Positions 1-10,195 of a stretch of 64,000 bases of DNA are shown in pieces (the stretch's first letter is position 1; every line of letters begins with the position of its first letter). The translations under genes and the position numbers were made by a program. The notes under the pieces were generated by a model that had not been told where the DNA came from, made no database searches, and was given only the letters and a program-made list of their open reading frames with translations. The DNA is taken from positions 1-64,000 of the forward strand of contig NZ_LSUQ01000011.1 in the NCBI RefSeq assembly GCF_001642725.1, given 5' to 3'. The DNA comes from Ferroacidibacillus organovorans. GTDB lineage: Bacteria > Bacillota > Bacilli > Alicyclobacillales > SLC66.

Positions 1-1046
1 ATCTGCGCGAGTGCCCATGCACTCATCGCGCGCAGTTCCGGTCGCGCGTGCGCGAGATAGGTGACGAGCACAGGAATCGCCTCGACACTTCGCGCATTTC
101 CGAGCGCCACGATTGCGTTTCTGCGCCAGATCGCAGGACCTCGCCACGCAGCCGCCGTATGTCCGATGCGCTTCATCAGCGCGCGGTTTGAGAGTGTGAG
201 GATTTCAAGCAGATCGGGATAGGCAAGCGGTGTAACGGGTGGACCAAACGTCGACGGCGCAGCACGATCTTCGTTTCGTGGACATACGGTCTGACACGTG
301 TCACACCCCCAGACTCGACGGCCGAGGGACGCACGAAACTCCGGCGGGACAATCCCGTGTTCCTGTGTGATGTAAGAGAGGCAGCGCTTCGCGTCAAGTG
401 TGTATGGCGCAATCAAGGCGCCTGTGGGGCACGCTGTCAGACAGAGATCACATGTGCCACACACCTCTGTCCCCCACGGAAGGGCTCCATGCAGCGCATC
501 CGCTCCCTCAACGCGCAGATCGGTCAACAGCACACCCAAAAACACATACGTTCCATACGTTTTCGTAATCAGCATTCCGCTTTTTCCAATGGCGCCAAGC
601 CCTGCGGCGGTCGCGTACGCGCGATCGACCAGCGGCGATGTGTCGACACAGGGAAGAAATTGTGCAGGCCTCGCTGCGCACGTTTCCAATAGCGCAGAAA
701 ACCGCGACAATACATCCTTGAGCACGCGATGGTAGTCTGTGCGTTGCGCATAGACCGAAACGGCGCCGTGACGACGTCCGGTCGGATGCCGTAAAGACTC
801 GGATGCGGTGTGATACGGAAGCGCGATTGCAATCGCCGTTTGCACGGCCGGCATCAGTGCGCGCGGATCGAGGCGCAGTTCCGAGAAAGGGTGCTCAAAC
901 CCCGAATCCCGCTGTTCATCATAGTATCGCCTTAAAACAGGTTCGAGTTCGTCGAGGCGGCGCGCTGACACAACACCGACAAGGTCTAGTCCGAGTGCAG
1001 CAGCCGCTAGATCGAGTTGTTCTTTCGTCACATCATAGTGATCCAT
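1..1046 (-). CDS. queG: tRNA epoxyqueuosine(34) reductase (3' end runs off the window)
   Basis: Not in the ORF track because there is no stop in the window. Manual translation from ATG 1046 gives MDHYDVTKEQ...VDTSPLVDRAYA..GLGAIGK..GTYVFLG..CGTCDLCLTACPTGAL..RCLSYITQ..WRG..RNAIVALGN, the QueG Fe-S motif and C-terminal signature. Confidence 0.92.
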   Translation of the reverse strand, partial: MDHYDVTKEQLDLAAAALGLDLVGVVSARRLDELEPVLRRYYDEQRDSGFEHPFSELRLDPRALMPAVQTAIAIALPYHTASESLRHPTGRRHGAVSVYAQRTDYHRVLKDVLSRFSALLETCAARPAQFLPCVDTSPLVDRAYATAAGLGAIGKSGMLITKTYGTYVFLGVLLTDLRVEGADALHGALPWGTEVCGTCDLCLTACPTGALIAPYTLDAKRCLSYITQEHGIVPPEFRASLGRRVWGCDTCQTVCPRNEDRAAPSTFGPPVTPLAYPDLLEILTLSNRALMKRIGHTAAAWRGPAIWRRNAIVALGNARSVEAIPVLVTYLAHARPELRAMSAWALAQ

Positions 1047-1071
1047 CGCTCGCTCACCTAATTGCACGCCG

Positions 1072-1524
1072 TCACTCCGCGCGCTTTTTTCCGCCTACCG
1101 CCGCGCGCGCAAGTGCGTCACACCGCTCGTTGTATGCGTGGCCACTGTGCCCTTTGACTTTGACGAACGTAACGTGGTGTACATCAAGCAAAGGCAGCAA
1201 CTGTTCCCACAAGTCACGGTTTTTGACGGCCTCCTTCTTGCTGTTCACCCAACCATTTTTTCGCCACTTTACATACCACTTCTCGTTGATGCAGTTGATA
1301 AGATAAGCTGAATCGCTGTGCAGCGCAACCTCGCACGGTTTTTTAAGCGCCTTTAGCCCTTCCACGGCGGCGAGAATCTCCATGCGCTGATTCGTCGTCT
1401 CAGCCTCCCCGCCAGATAACTCTCTCTCTTTTGCGCCGTTTACCAAAATCGCTGACCAGCCACCTGGCCCGGGATTTCCGCTGCACGCCCCATCCGTATA
1501 AAGTTCAACGTGAACTTGTGACAT
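1072..1524 (-). CDS. rnhA: ribonuclease HI
   Basis: [34 protein letters not shown] and VKGHSG..NERCD motifs. Start set at the ATG behind AAGGA. Confidence 0.95.
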   Translation of the reverse strand: MSQVHVELYTDGACSGNPGPGGWSAILVNGAKERELSGGEAETTNQRMEILAAVEGLKALKKPCEVALHSDSAYLINCINEKWYVKWRKNGWVNSKKEAVKNRDLWEQLLPLLDVHHVTFVKVKGHSGHAYNERCDALARAAVGGKKRAE

Positions 1525-1683
1525 CTCCATCATCCTTTTCATCCCAGTACGAAAGATCGAGCCCCAAGTGACGCATACTATCTTTGCTTTTAGCGTTTTA
1601 AACAAAGGAGCATTTCCCATGCGGCGATTCGACCAATACCCTATGTTTCTCTATTGTACCACCGCGCACTGTGGCGGTCGTCT

Positions 1684-2451
1684 ATGAATCCACTCGCGTC
1701 CCTCATAATCGCACTGTTACTCCCGTGCCTCTCTCAAATGGACACGTTAAAACCTGATATCTGGGGCGGTGGTGTCTCACGCATTCCCGCTTCCGGTCAA
1801 CAACTCTGGGAAGAGCGGGCTCCCCATCAAGTCTTTTTTCACGTGAAGACCACGAAGCGCATTGTAGCCCTCACCTTTGATGACGGCCCTCACCCATCCT
1901 ATACGCCAGCCATTCTCGCAGTCCTTCACGCTCATCACGCCCACGGGACCTTTTTCGTTGTCGGAAATGAGGTTAAACACTATCCGCACATCTTGCGCGA
2001 AATCATACGTGACGGAAATGAACTCGGCAATCACACATCCAATCACCCAAAACTCAGCCAGCTCACGGAAAAGGAAATTCGTTCATGTGACGAGTTGATT
2101 GAAGATGTGACAGGCTTTCGTCCTGTCTTATTGCGCCCCCCCGGCGGACACATCAGTGATCGTCTGCTCACACTCAGTCGAAAAACAGGCCATGTTTTGA
2201 TCATGTGGACATGGGATGTCGACGCCAAAGACTGGATGAAGCCAGGCATTCGGACAATCGTGCAAAAAATCGTGGATCACGTCGATCCAGGGGATATCAT
2301 CATTCTGCACGACGGCGGAGGTAAGCGCTCGCAGACGGTTGAGGCGTTGCCAATCATCCTGTCTGATTTGGCGCGCCGCGGCTACGCGTGCGTTTCTGTC
2401 AGTGAGTTGTTTCGCCAGACGCACATTCAACGCGAAGGTCCCCAAAAATAA
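1684..2451 (+). CDS. polysaccharide deacetylase (NodB/PdaB-like)
   Basis: ALTFDDGP, GNHTSNH, LRPPGG and IIILHDGG motifs, with a hydrophobic N-terminus. Confidence 0.9.
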   Translation: MNPLASLIIALLLPCLSQMDTLKPDIWGGGVSRIPASGQQLWEERAPHQVFFHVKTTKRIVALTFDDGPHPSYTPAILAVLHAHHAHGTFFVVGNEVKHYPHILREIIRDGNELGNHTSNHPKLSQLTEKEIRSCDELIEDVTGFRPVLLRPPGGHISDRLLTLSRKTGHVLIMWTWDVDAKDWMKPGIRTIVQKIVDHVDPGDIIILHDGGGKRSQTVEALPIILSDLARRGYACVSVSELFRQTHIQREGPQK

Positions 2452-2489
2452 AGAAACCACCCCCTTTGCCAAGGTGGAAGTCCCGTGCG

Positions 2490-2672
2490 TTACAACAAAA
2501 CGCGCATCGTAAAGTAGCCGATGGAAAAACCCGCGCCAAGGAGCGCCAAAAGCCCACTCCCGACCGCGGCGAGTCGGTTTCGTCTCTTCCAATACCAAAT
2601 CGTCACATTCACGGTATAGATCGCAATAAGAATAGGAACCGCGATGGATAAAACAAATTCAAACACACTCAT
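2490..2672 (-). CDS. small two-TM membrane protein at the end of the ger locus
   Basis: 60 aa with two hydrophobic segments. Its start overlaps the stop of the GerAB-type gene. Confidence 0.65.
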   Translation of the reverse strand: MSVFEFVLSIAVPILIAIYTVNVTIWYWKRRNRLAAVGSGLLALLGAGFSIGYFTMRVLL

Positions 2673-3895
2673 CGCAAGACCCCCTTTCGAAAGCCAGAGC
2701 GTGCACGCGCTGTCCCAGATTCACGGCTCTCCTCATCACCTTTTCCACTTCCACGCTTTTTTTTCCGATGTCGGCGGGATTTGATCCACTGAATGAACCG
2801 CGCGATCAAGGCTAAGCCAACCGGAAGCGCGAGTGTCACGATCCAACTGTACTTCTCAAAATAATTTGCATAGAGCATCTGAACCGTGGGCAAGTCGGGC
2901 GGTAAAAACGCGAGAACATAAATCAAGACGATGAACATCGGAAGCAGCGGGCGGTAAAGCGGCATGCGAAACGCATGCGCATAGAGATACCCTGTAAGCC
3001 ATAACCCGAATCCCAATTTGATGACCGCGGCAGAGATCCATAAAAACACAAAAACAGACTCCAAACGTTGAACGTAGCGCCCCACGTAGATGACACGCGC
3101 GAGTTGGTACATGGGAAAGGGGACCGTTCCAGTCACTGCCGACGCAAACGTGCCGATAAAAACCAGGAGAACGACTGACATGATCACGGCCGAAAAGGAG
3201 ATACTCATGATGCCCACGCGCAACGTGTGCTTGTGATTGCGCAGCGTCGCCGCGAGAATCATTATAAGTAAAAGCTGCGGAAATTCCCCAGTGTTGCGAA
3301 AGCCGCTTTTCGCGAGTGCGAGCGGGCCGTTGCCAAGGATGGGAAAAAGCAGTTCGCGCCGAAACCACGTCATCGGCAAGAGCGTCAACACAATAAGCCC
3401 CACCAGCATGACACCGCCGAGCAAGATAGAGACGCGTGTAAGCCCTTCATAGCCCGCCATCGCATAGTAGAATACGGTCAGTAGCAACAAGAGAATAATG
3501 ATCGAAGTCGGCGTCGCCGGAAGCACGGTCGTAATGATTGTCTCTGAGAACTCGCGCGCATTCAGCGCCGTCTGTAGCAAGAAATAGCAGGATAGCGCCA
3601 GTGCGAGTGGCATCGTAAGATAAGGGGTCAGTGTTTCATCCAGCGATTCAAGCCAGTTCCGTTTTGCGACAGAACGCTGCAATAGAAACACGACGAAAAG
3701 CGCCGCAAGCATGAGAACTGCGCTTAAAAGTGGGGTAAAAAATGCGCCTTGTGCACTGTGTTCAGCCAACCGGGATGGAAAACTGAGGAAGATATCGGTT
3801 GATCCATACACAGTGAGCAGCGCGGCCAGTTCGACAGTACCCACCCGCCCCGTTCGCAACACGACCCCTTTTCCGTCGGTTGATTGATCGCTCAT
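2669..3895 (-). CDS. spore germination receptor B subunit (GerAB/GerKB family)
   Basis: Multi-TM protein with LPATP, LFPILGNG and YVQRLESVFVFLW motifs. ATGA overlap with the upstream A subunit. Confidence 0.9.
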   Translation of the reverse strand: MSDQSTDGKGVVLRTGRVGTVELAALLTVYGSTDIFLSFPSRLAEHSAQGAFFTPLLSAVLMLAALFVVFLLQRSVAKRNWLESLDETLTPYLTMPLALALSCYFLLQTALNAREFSETIITTVLPATPTSIIILLLLLTVFYYAMAGYEGLTRVSILLGGVMLVGLIVLTLLPMTWFRRELLFPILGNGPLALAKSGFRNTGEFPQLLLIMILAATLRNHKHTLRVGIMSISFSAVIMSVVLLVFIGTFASAVTGTVPFPMYQLARVIYVGRYVQRLESVFVFLWISAAVIKLGFGLWLTGYLYAHAFRMPLYRPLLPMFIVLIYVLAFLPPDLPTVQMLYANYFEKYSWIVTLALPVGLALIARFIQWIKSRRHRKKKRGSGKGDEESRESGTARARSGFRKGVLR

Positions 3896-5829
3896 TTCTT
3901 GACCCGCCCCCTCCGTCCCCACCCGCGGCGCGCACGCTTCGCTTCTTCTGAGTCGGCGACGCGCGGATCAAACCCGCGCGTAACCTCCGCCTCTTTTCTC
4001 GTGCGCAGTGGCCAGTACGCGTTCGGTCGCTGCTCCATCTTGAAGATTTTCCCGCGCAGCAGGCTGTCAGGAGATGAGGTGCGCCGCGGGGCAATCGGGC
4101 TCATGATGGGCACCCCCAGACTGCGAACCGTCACCATATGCATGAGCAGAATCATAAGCCCAAGCGCGATCCCATAGAATCCAAACGCGGCTCCGGCCAC
4201 GATGAATCCAAATCTCAGGAGTCGCACGCTAAAGGAGAGGTTGTAATTTGGCATGGTGAATGATGCGAGCGCGGTAACCGCCACCACGATGATCAGAAGT
4301 GGACTGATGATCCCCGCCGCGACGGCCGCTTGTCCGAGAATCAAGGCGCCGACAATGCCGATGGTTGGACCGATAATCGTGGGGATGCGAATCCCCGCCT
4401 CGCGAATCAGCTCGATCGAAAATTCCATAAGAACCACTTCTAGCACGACGGGAAATGGGACGCGTTCACGCGATGCGGCGATGGCCAGCATGAGGTCGGT
4501 CGGAATCATCTCTGGGTGAAAGTTTGTCACTGCGATGTAAAAGGATGGCAAGAGGAGCGCTATCGTGAGCGAAATCAGTCGGATGACCCGAATAAAGGAG
4601 CCGAATGGCCAGCGCAAATACGCGTCTTCCGATGTTTGCAAAAGCGTCCAAAAGAGTACAGGCGCGAGCAGCGCAAATGTGCTGTGTCCGACAAAGATCG
4701 CCACCTGACCCTCCGACAGGCCGTACGCAACGCGATCAGGTCGCTCTGTCGATAAAAACTTCGGAAAAAAACTGATCGGCCCATCTTCCAGGAACTGCTC
4801 CAACATCCCGCTGTCTGGAAGATAGTCGATCTCAATCCCCATGATCCGTTTTTTGATCTCGGTCACGAGTTTGGGATTCGTTACGCCATCCATATACATG
4901 ATCGCGACATCCGTGCTCGCAAGCGTCCCGATCTGCAACATCTCTGTGACGAGTCTTGGTGAGCGCAGTTTTGCGCGCACGAGTCCTGTATTCGCGCGAA
5001 AGCTCTCCGTAAACGCATCGTGCGGACCGCGCACCACTGCTTCTGATTGGGAGAGTCCAACGGTGCGATGCTCCCAGCCTTTGGTTTCTACCGAAAGCAC
5101 CGCGCTGATTCCGTCAAAAAAGAGGACCGTACTGCCTGCGAGAATGTTTTCGGATGCTTCTTTCCATGTCTTAAACGCGACCGCTTGATTTCCCGGCACG
5201 AGCGCCTGTTTGATATGGTCGAGCCACTGCCCTCTTGGCGTCTGGTGATCGAGATTGGTCAAATACATGAGCGGTTCGAGAATATGGGTATTGATGATCG
5301 TTTTATCTGCCAATCCATCGACAAAAACGGCGATCGCTCGAAACGGATGATCCCCGCCGATGGAAAAATCGCGAATGACAATATCCGCATTTCGCGGCAA
5401 GCGAAACAGTCGCGTGAGGATTCGTCGATTGGTCGCCAAATCGTATTGAATCGCTTTTGGAATTGGACCCTGAAACGAGAGTGTTTCTCCGGTCGTCCGA
5501 CGAATTGCGCGCGTCGCCAACTCTTCAAACGAGATGGGGCGAACCGCTGTCTGAAACGTTCGCTCGCTCGTGTACACATCGCGCGAAGTGAGCGCGCGAT
5601 CTTCCCGTTTGTCTGAGATCTCTACGTCGCTTTCATAGTTTGCAGACTGTTGCGATTCGCGAATGTTCACCTTTGCGCGGAGCAACCGCAGCCTTGAATA
5701 CGGTACGTCGCGGCGGTGGTTGCGGCGCTTTCCTGAAGTTTTTCGTTGATCTTCAGGTGTAAGTACAAACGCCTCGTCCATCACTGAGTCATCGACCGTG
5801 AGAAGTCGTGTAAAGCGGCTCCAATCCAT
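3892..5829 (-). CDS. spore germination receptor A subunit (GerAA/GerKA family)
   Basis: VRGPHDAFTE, TERPDRV, RERVPFP, ELIREAGIRIP and GLVLGQAAV-like motifs. Long charged N-terminal extension. Confidence 0.93.
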   Translation of the reverse strand: MDWSRFTRLLTVDDSVMDEAFVLTPEDQRKTSGKRRNHRRDVPYSRLRLLRAKVNIRESQQSANYESDVEISDKREDRALTSRDVYTSERTFQTAVRPISFEELATRAIRRTTGETLSFQGPIPKAIQYDLATNRRILTRLFRLPRNADIVIRDFSIGGDHPFRAIAVFVDGLADKTIINTHILEPLMYLTNLDHQTPRGQWLDHIKQALVPGNQAVAFKTWKEASENILAGSTVLFFDGISAVLSVETKGWEHRTVGLSQSEAVVRGPHDAFTESFRANTGLVRAKLRSPRLVTEMLQIGTLASTDVAIMYMDGVTNPKLVTEIKKRIMGIEIDYLPDSGMLEQFLEDGPISFFPKFLSTERPDRVAYGLSEGQVAIFVGHSTFALLAPVLFWTLLQTSEDAYLRWPFGSFIRVIRLISLTIALLLPSFYIAVTNFHPEMIPTDLMLAIAASRERVPFPVVLEVVLMEFSIELIREAGIRIPTIIGPTIGIVGALILGQAAVAAGIISPLLIIVVAVTALASFTMPNYNLSFSVRLLRFGFIVAGAAFGFYGIALGLMILLMHMVTVRSLGVPIMSPIAPRRTSSPDSLLRGKIFKMEQRPNAYWPLRTRKEAEVTRGFDPRVADSEEAKRARRGWGRRGRVKK

Positions 5830-5870
5830 GCGCGACCCCCCACCAGAAATCCTCGTGATCCTTCTCAACC

Positions 5871-5899
5871 GAGTATTTCCAAGTGGAGGTATCGTATGC
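5871..5899 (-). promoter_or_regulatory. candidate forespore sigma-F/G promoter of the ger locus
   Basis: GCATA-N14-GGAAATACTC on the minus strand, about 40 nt upstream of the GerAA start. Confidence 0.5.
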
Positions 5900-5904
5900 G
5901 CCTG

Positions 5905-7221
5905 CTAGAAGAGGAGTTGCCCGAGCAGCGCCGCCGACAGCCCGATCAAGGCAAGCGCAATCGTCCACGAGATGGTCTTGCCAAACGTCCCGTTTCGATA
6001 CGCCCCCATCACCGCCTCATTGCTCGTCAGACGAATGAGGAAGATGAGCGTCGGCGCAATCAAGACGCCCCCTGCGACTTGCGCGAGCACCGCCGTGAAA
6101 TTGAGTGGAAGATGCGGGATCAAAATGGCGCCTGCCGCCAGCGCCAGGCTGCCGATGTACACAGCGTAAAACCGCGGGGCAGCCGCAAGTTTGTCGTTGA
6201 GACTGCGCGCCCAGCCAAGCGTCTCCGCGATCGTCCAGGAGGAGGACAGGGAGATCGTGATGGATGCGAGAAAGCCCGCATTAAAGAGGCCGAAGCCAAA
6301 GAGAATGGCGGAAAAGCGACCTGCGACGTGGGCGAGCGCTAGTATGAGAAGCGCGGGCGACGCGCTTGCGATCGATGTGACGTGCTGATAGAGCACTGCG
6401 CCGCAGATCATGATGGCCGCCGCGATGATGACCTGGATGATACTTCCAAGCGCTGTGTCGATGCGCGCCAGTTTCAGGTGACGGATCTCCACGCCTTTAT
6501 CGATGACTGCGCTGCCCTGAAAAAAGATCATCCAGGGCGCGAGCGCGTTGCCAACCGTCGCGATGACAAACCACAGCACACTTGCGTGGGGCACAGGCAT
6601 TGACCAGTGAAAGAGCGCATTGGCGAGCGTGGCGCCATTTGGATGGGTGAGGATGGCCACGATCAAAAACACGATGTTGAGCGCGCCAACGAGCAGAGCG
6701 AGTCGCTCTTTGGTGAAATAGCCGGTAAAGATAGCGATGGCTACGACGAGCAAAAAACTCACCCCATCCGCAAGCGTGAGTGGCCAGCCAAGCAGCGTGA
6801 GTCCCGCTGTCATTCCGATGAACTCGGTCATGAGCGTCAAGAGATTCAAAATGAGCAGTGTCACCATCTGAAACCGCCCGAACCCTTTTCCGAAGTGGAT
6901 GTATACGAGTTTCGCGAATCCCTGTTTTGTCACGGCGCCAAGCCGCACGGTCATCTCCTGAATGGTATACGTGACAATCGAGAGGCATAATACGAGTGGA
7001 ATAAAAAAGCTCAGTCCAAACGTGGCTCCCGTTACGGCGTAGGATACGACACCGCCCGCGTCATTGTCGCCAATCATGGCGAGAAGCCCCGGGCCCATCA
7101 AAAGCCAAAAGGCCATCGACCATGCGCGCAACCTCCGCGTCCACGTCTTGCTCTCACAAAGTGTCACTGGGTCATTTGCGATTTCTTGTTCGACGGAGGC
7201 GGAACGTGTGCGATTGTTCAA
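5905..7221 (-). CDS. NRAMP-family divalent cation transporter, NRMT (Mg2+)-type
   Basis: About 11 TM segments. GPGLL..IGDNDAGG replaces the canonical DPGN; QEMTVRLG and APWMIFFQ are present. TTG start behind AAGGGGG. Confidence 0.85.
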   Translation of the reverse strand: MNNRTRSASVEQEIANDPVTLCESKTWTRRLRAWSMAFWLLMGPGLLAMIGDNDAGGVVSYAVTGATFGLSFFIPLVLCLSIVTYTIQEMTVRLGAVTKQGFAKLVYIHFGKGFGRFQMVTLLILNLLTLMTEFIGMTAGLTLLGWPLTLADGVSFLLVVAIAIFTGYFTKERLALLVGALNIVFLIVAILTHPNGATLANALFHWSMPVPHASVLWFVIATVGNALAPWMIFFQGSAVIDKGVEIRHLKLARIDTALGSIIQVIIAAAIMICGAVLYQHVTSIASASPALLILALAHVAGRFSAILFGFGLFNAGFLASITISLSSSWTIAETLGWARSLNDKLAAAPRFYAVYIGSLALAAGAILIPHLPLNFTAVLAQVAGGVLIAPTLIFLIRLTSNEAVMGAYRNGTFGKTISWTIALALIGLSAALLGQLLF

Positions 7222-7251
7222 GCCGTGTTCCCCCTTCTCCATACGCAACTC

Positions 7252-7279
7252 AGCATATGAACAGGGGCGAGGCTTTGTG
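7252..7279 (-). promoter_or_regulatory. candidate sigma-K promoter
   Basis: CACA-N16-CATATGCT matches the B. subtilis sigma-K consensus mACm-N16-CATAnnnT, about 30 nt upstream of the start. Confidence 0.55.
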
Positions 7280-7386
7280 CACAGCGAACATGTGGTGACG
7301 CAGAAGGATTTTCAGGAGAACACTTGGGCAATCCTCAATGCTCGAAATGGTGTGTCGCGCACTGCAAGCTGTGATTCTGTGGTGTT

Positions 7387-8028
7387 CTACGTGATTGCTC
7401 CACGTTCAGTTACAGGTGAGCGTATGGACGAGATGTCAAAGACAACTTCCTCACCTGTCGGATCACCGTCTGGGCTGTTCAACTTCTTAAACACAAAACG
7501 CTGCGAAGCTAGATCGTCTGGGAGTGCAGGGGAAACCGCAAATGCGAAACTGTAGTGGTGTGCAGATCCACCGCCACCCGAATTCACGGCGGCATACGGT
7601 GCACCCACTTCCAATTCGAAGAAAGGATGGGGCAGGCGTTTATGAATTTCTACATTTGGCATCGATTCGTAGTCAAGGAGGAGTTGTACCACGCTGGCAT
7701 TTTGATATTGACGGATGAATGAGAGCGTATACATCACCCCGTCGCGCTCAAGCGAGCGGAGAATGGGGATATACTTGCGGAAGTTTTCCGGCTGGATTCG
7801 CGGACGGAAACTCGACGGACGGCGCGCAACTGCAAAAATAGAGTGCAAGTAATCCTCATACAGATCGTATTTCTCGGACCACGCGGTAATCTTTTCCGGT
7901 GACGGCAACAACGCCGGTTCACCTGACAGCTCTTTTCTCTGCTTGAGCAGCGCACAGATCTGCTCGTCAATTGACGCCATGCGCTCATCATCGTAGCTTG
8001 GCCAGCGCTCGCTCGGCATGCGGTTCAT
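7387..8028 (-). CDS. hypothetical protein with a chorismate mutase-like N-terminal helix
   Basis: 213 aa. IDEQICALLKQR resembles AroQ helix 1. ATGA overlap with nth. Confidence 0.75.
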   Translation of the reverse strand: MNRMPSERWPSYDDERMASIDEQICALLKQRKELSGEPALLPSPEKITAWSEKYDLYEDYLHSIFAVARRPSSFRPRIQPENFRKYIPILRSLERDGVMYTLSFIRQYQNASVVQLLLDYESMPNVEIHKRLPHPFFELEVGAPYAAVNSGGGGSAHHYSFAFAVSPALPDDLASQRFVFKKLNSPDGDPTGEEVVFDISSIRSPVTERGAIT

Positions 8029-8747
8029 CCTAAATCATCCCCCAATCCTTTGCGACTGTCACGCACCGTGCTCTGCTCACGCGCGCGTTTGCGCTTCTGT
8101 CGCTTTGCACTCTCACGAAAGGTCCTGCACGATACTGCGAGTTCGCAGCGACTGCACTGCGGTTGCCGGGCGTTGCACACGCGCCTGCCGTGGAAAATCA
8201 GCCAGTGGTGCGCTTGCGTCCACTGCGCCTTCGGAATCCGCCGCATCAGTTGCTGCTCTGTCTCATGCACATCGTCGCTGTCTGCGAGCCCCAATCGATT
8301 CGAGACGCGCTGTACGTGCGTATCAACCGCGATCGCCGGGACCCCGAAGGCGTTTGACAGCACAACATTCGCTGTTTTGCGCCCAACGCCCGGAAGTGCG
8401 ACCAGCGTCTCCATCGTGTTGGGAACCTCGCCTCCGTGCTCGTCGCTGATACGCCTGCTCGTCTCGACGATGTTTTTCGCCTTCATCTTGTAGAGTCCAC
8501 ACTGCGCGATCAAGCGCTCCACATCTTCGAGCGACGCTTTTGCCATCGCCCCAGGTGTCGGATAGTGTTCGAACAACTCCGGCGTGATCATGTTTACGCG
8601 CTTATCCGTGCACTGCGCAGAGAGAATCGTCGCAATCAAGAGCTCGTAAGGATTGCGGTGATCGAGTTCACAATGCGCATCCGGGTAAAGATCCTCGAGT
8701 GTACGCAAGATCGTCCCCACCGGCACGCGCGGCAGCGTATTCGCCAT
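8025..8747 (-). CDS. nth: endonuclease III
   Basis: LLIATILSAQCTD, LPGVGRKTANVVL, AVDTHV and the C-terminal CX6CX2CX5C Fe-S motif. Confidence 0.96.
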   Translation of the reverse strand: MANTLPRVPVGTILRTLEDLYPDAHCELDHRNPYELLIATILSAQCTDKRVNMITPELFEHYPTPGAMAKASLEDVERLIAQCGLYKMKAKNIVETSRRISDEHGGEVPNTMETLVALPGVGRKTANVVLSNAFGVPAIAVDTHVQRVSNRLGLADSDDVHETEQQLMRRIPKAQWTQAHHWLIFHGRRVCNARQPQCSRCELAVSCRTFRESAKRQKRKRAREQSTVRDSRKGLGDDLG

Positions 8748-10189
8748 TACACGTCCTCCTTTCCTGTCGCGCAATCAACATACACGCGGGGTACGCGCGC
8801 GGCTTCAACCGCGCTTTCTTGCGCGAATGCCCGTTCGAGGAGTTCCCGCATCATTGGACGCGTATAAACGTATCGCGCAGGATTCAGGTGCGTATAGACA
8901 GGAGAGAGCGCCAAGTACTCACAGATCGCCGCCGTTATGGTTTCATCCATTTGCAGTGCGCGGCCGTCTTTTCTTATTTCGAGAATGCGCACCCGACCAC
9001 CTTCGACCGACCCATCGGATTCCGCCAAAACCTCCACACCTGACACGTGGATTCTCCCAATGTAGTAACCGCGAAACCCGAATCCGAATCCGCGTTTCGA
9101 GATCGTTTCCATTGCTAATCCCGCTTCAATGAAGGTGCACAATGTAGCGACATCCATCTCTAAAAGCACCGCGCGCATCGGCGTCCCGCAAATCGCCAGG
9201 AGATCGCGGCGCGCAATCTCGCCATCGCGCAGACTGGCCGAGATCACTCCGCCATTTAACAACGCCACATCTGTCACAAACTCGCGACGCATTTGATCAC
9301 ACAGCAAATTGACGATGTGGGACTCACCGAACTGGGCGTGGCATAGCGGCTCTCGCAGATACCCGACGACTTTGTCCAACTCGCGACGCGCCTCTTTTGC
9401 AAATAAAGCAGTCTCGCGAACGATTCGCGGATCTTGCAGCGTCCGACGATCCGTATAGATAAGCTGTGAGGTGACATTCACCACACGTTTGCCTTCTAGA
9501 CAAACTACCGTGTGCCCATACGCGATCCCCTGTTTCCCCGCCTGGACAATCCACGTATCGCCACGCTTGACGCTCGCCTGAAGAAAATGGTGCGTGTGCC
9601 CCCCCACGATCAAATCAACGGGTAATCCTTTGTCGGCCAGAGACTGATCAACCGCCAGGCCCAAATGGGAAAGCATAATGACCACGTCAGCGCCGCGTTG
9701 ACGCAATGAGGCACTGACGCGCCAGGCCGTTTCGTATGCGTCAAACGCATCCACACCAAGCGCTTCCATGATCGCGCGATAAAAAACGGTAACCCCAAAA
9801 ACGCCAAATTTCATCCCATTCACGTCATACAATCGACCTTGGGGAAACGAAACGATACGGTCCGGGAATGTCATGTTTGAACAAAAAACGGGCGTCTTCG
9901 CCGCGCGCAAATACGCGTGAAGATGCTCCTTCTCAAGTGTCAGCGTCTCATTGTTCCCAAGCACCATGCCGTCATACTGAACAGCGCGCAAGATCGCCGC
10001 ATTCACGCGCCCGCGTGTCGCGTCACTCAGCGGGTGGATGCGGTCGAGATGATCCCCTATCTCAAACGTGAGAACGGCGTCTCCCTGGGCGCGCAGCGCC
10101 CGGCGAAGTGACGTGAGCGATGCAGTCAAACGCGCGTACATTGCGAGATCGCTGTGCACATCGTTCGTATGAAGCACATGCAGATTCAT
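8747..10189 (-). CDS. bifunctional metallophosphatase/5'-nucleotidase (YunD-like)
   Basis: LHTNDVHS, GD, GNNE, SHLG and GGHTHH motifs, plus GFGFRG in the C-terminal domain. Confidence 0.88.
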   Translation of the reverse strand: MNLHVLHTNDVHSDLAMYARLTASLTSLRRALRAQGDAVLTFEIGDHLDRIHPLSDATRGRVNAAILRAVQYDGMVLGNNETLTLEKEHLHAYLRAAKTPVFCSNMTFPDRIVSFPQGRLYDVNGMKFGVFGVTVFYRAIMEALGVDAFDAYETAWRVSASLRQRGADVVIMLSHLGLAVDQSLADKGLPVDLIVGGHTHHFLQASVKRGDTWIVQAGKQGIAYGHTVVCLEGKRVVNVTSQLIYTDRRTLQDPRIVRETALFAKEARRELDKVVGYLREPLCHAQFGESHIVNLLCDQMRREFVTDVALLNGGVISASLRDGEIARRDLLAICGTPMRAVLLEMDVATLCTFIEAGLAMETISKRGFGFGFRGYYIGRIHVSGVEVLAESDGSVEGGRVRILEIRKDGRALQMDETITAAICEYLALSPVYTHLNPARYVYTRPMMRELLERAFAQESAVEAARVPRVYVDCATGKEDV

Positions 10190-10195
10190 CGCGCC

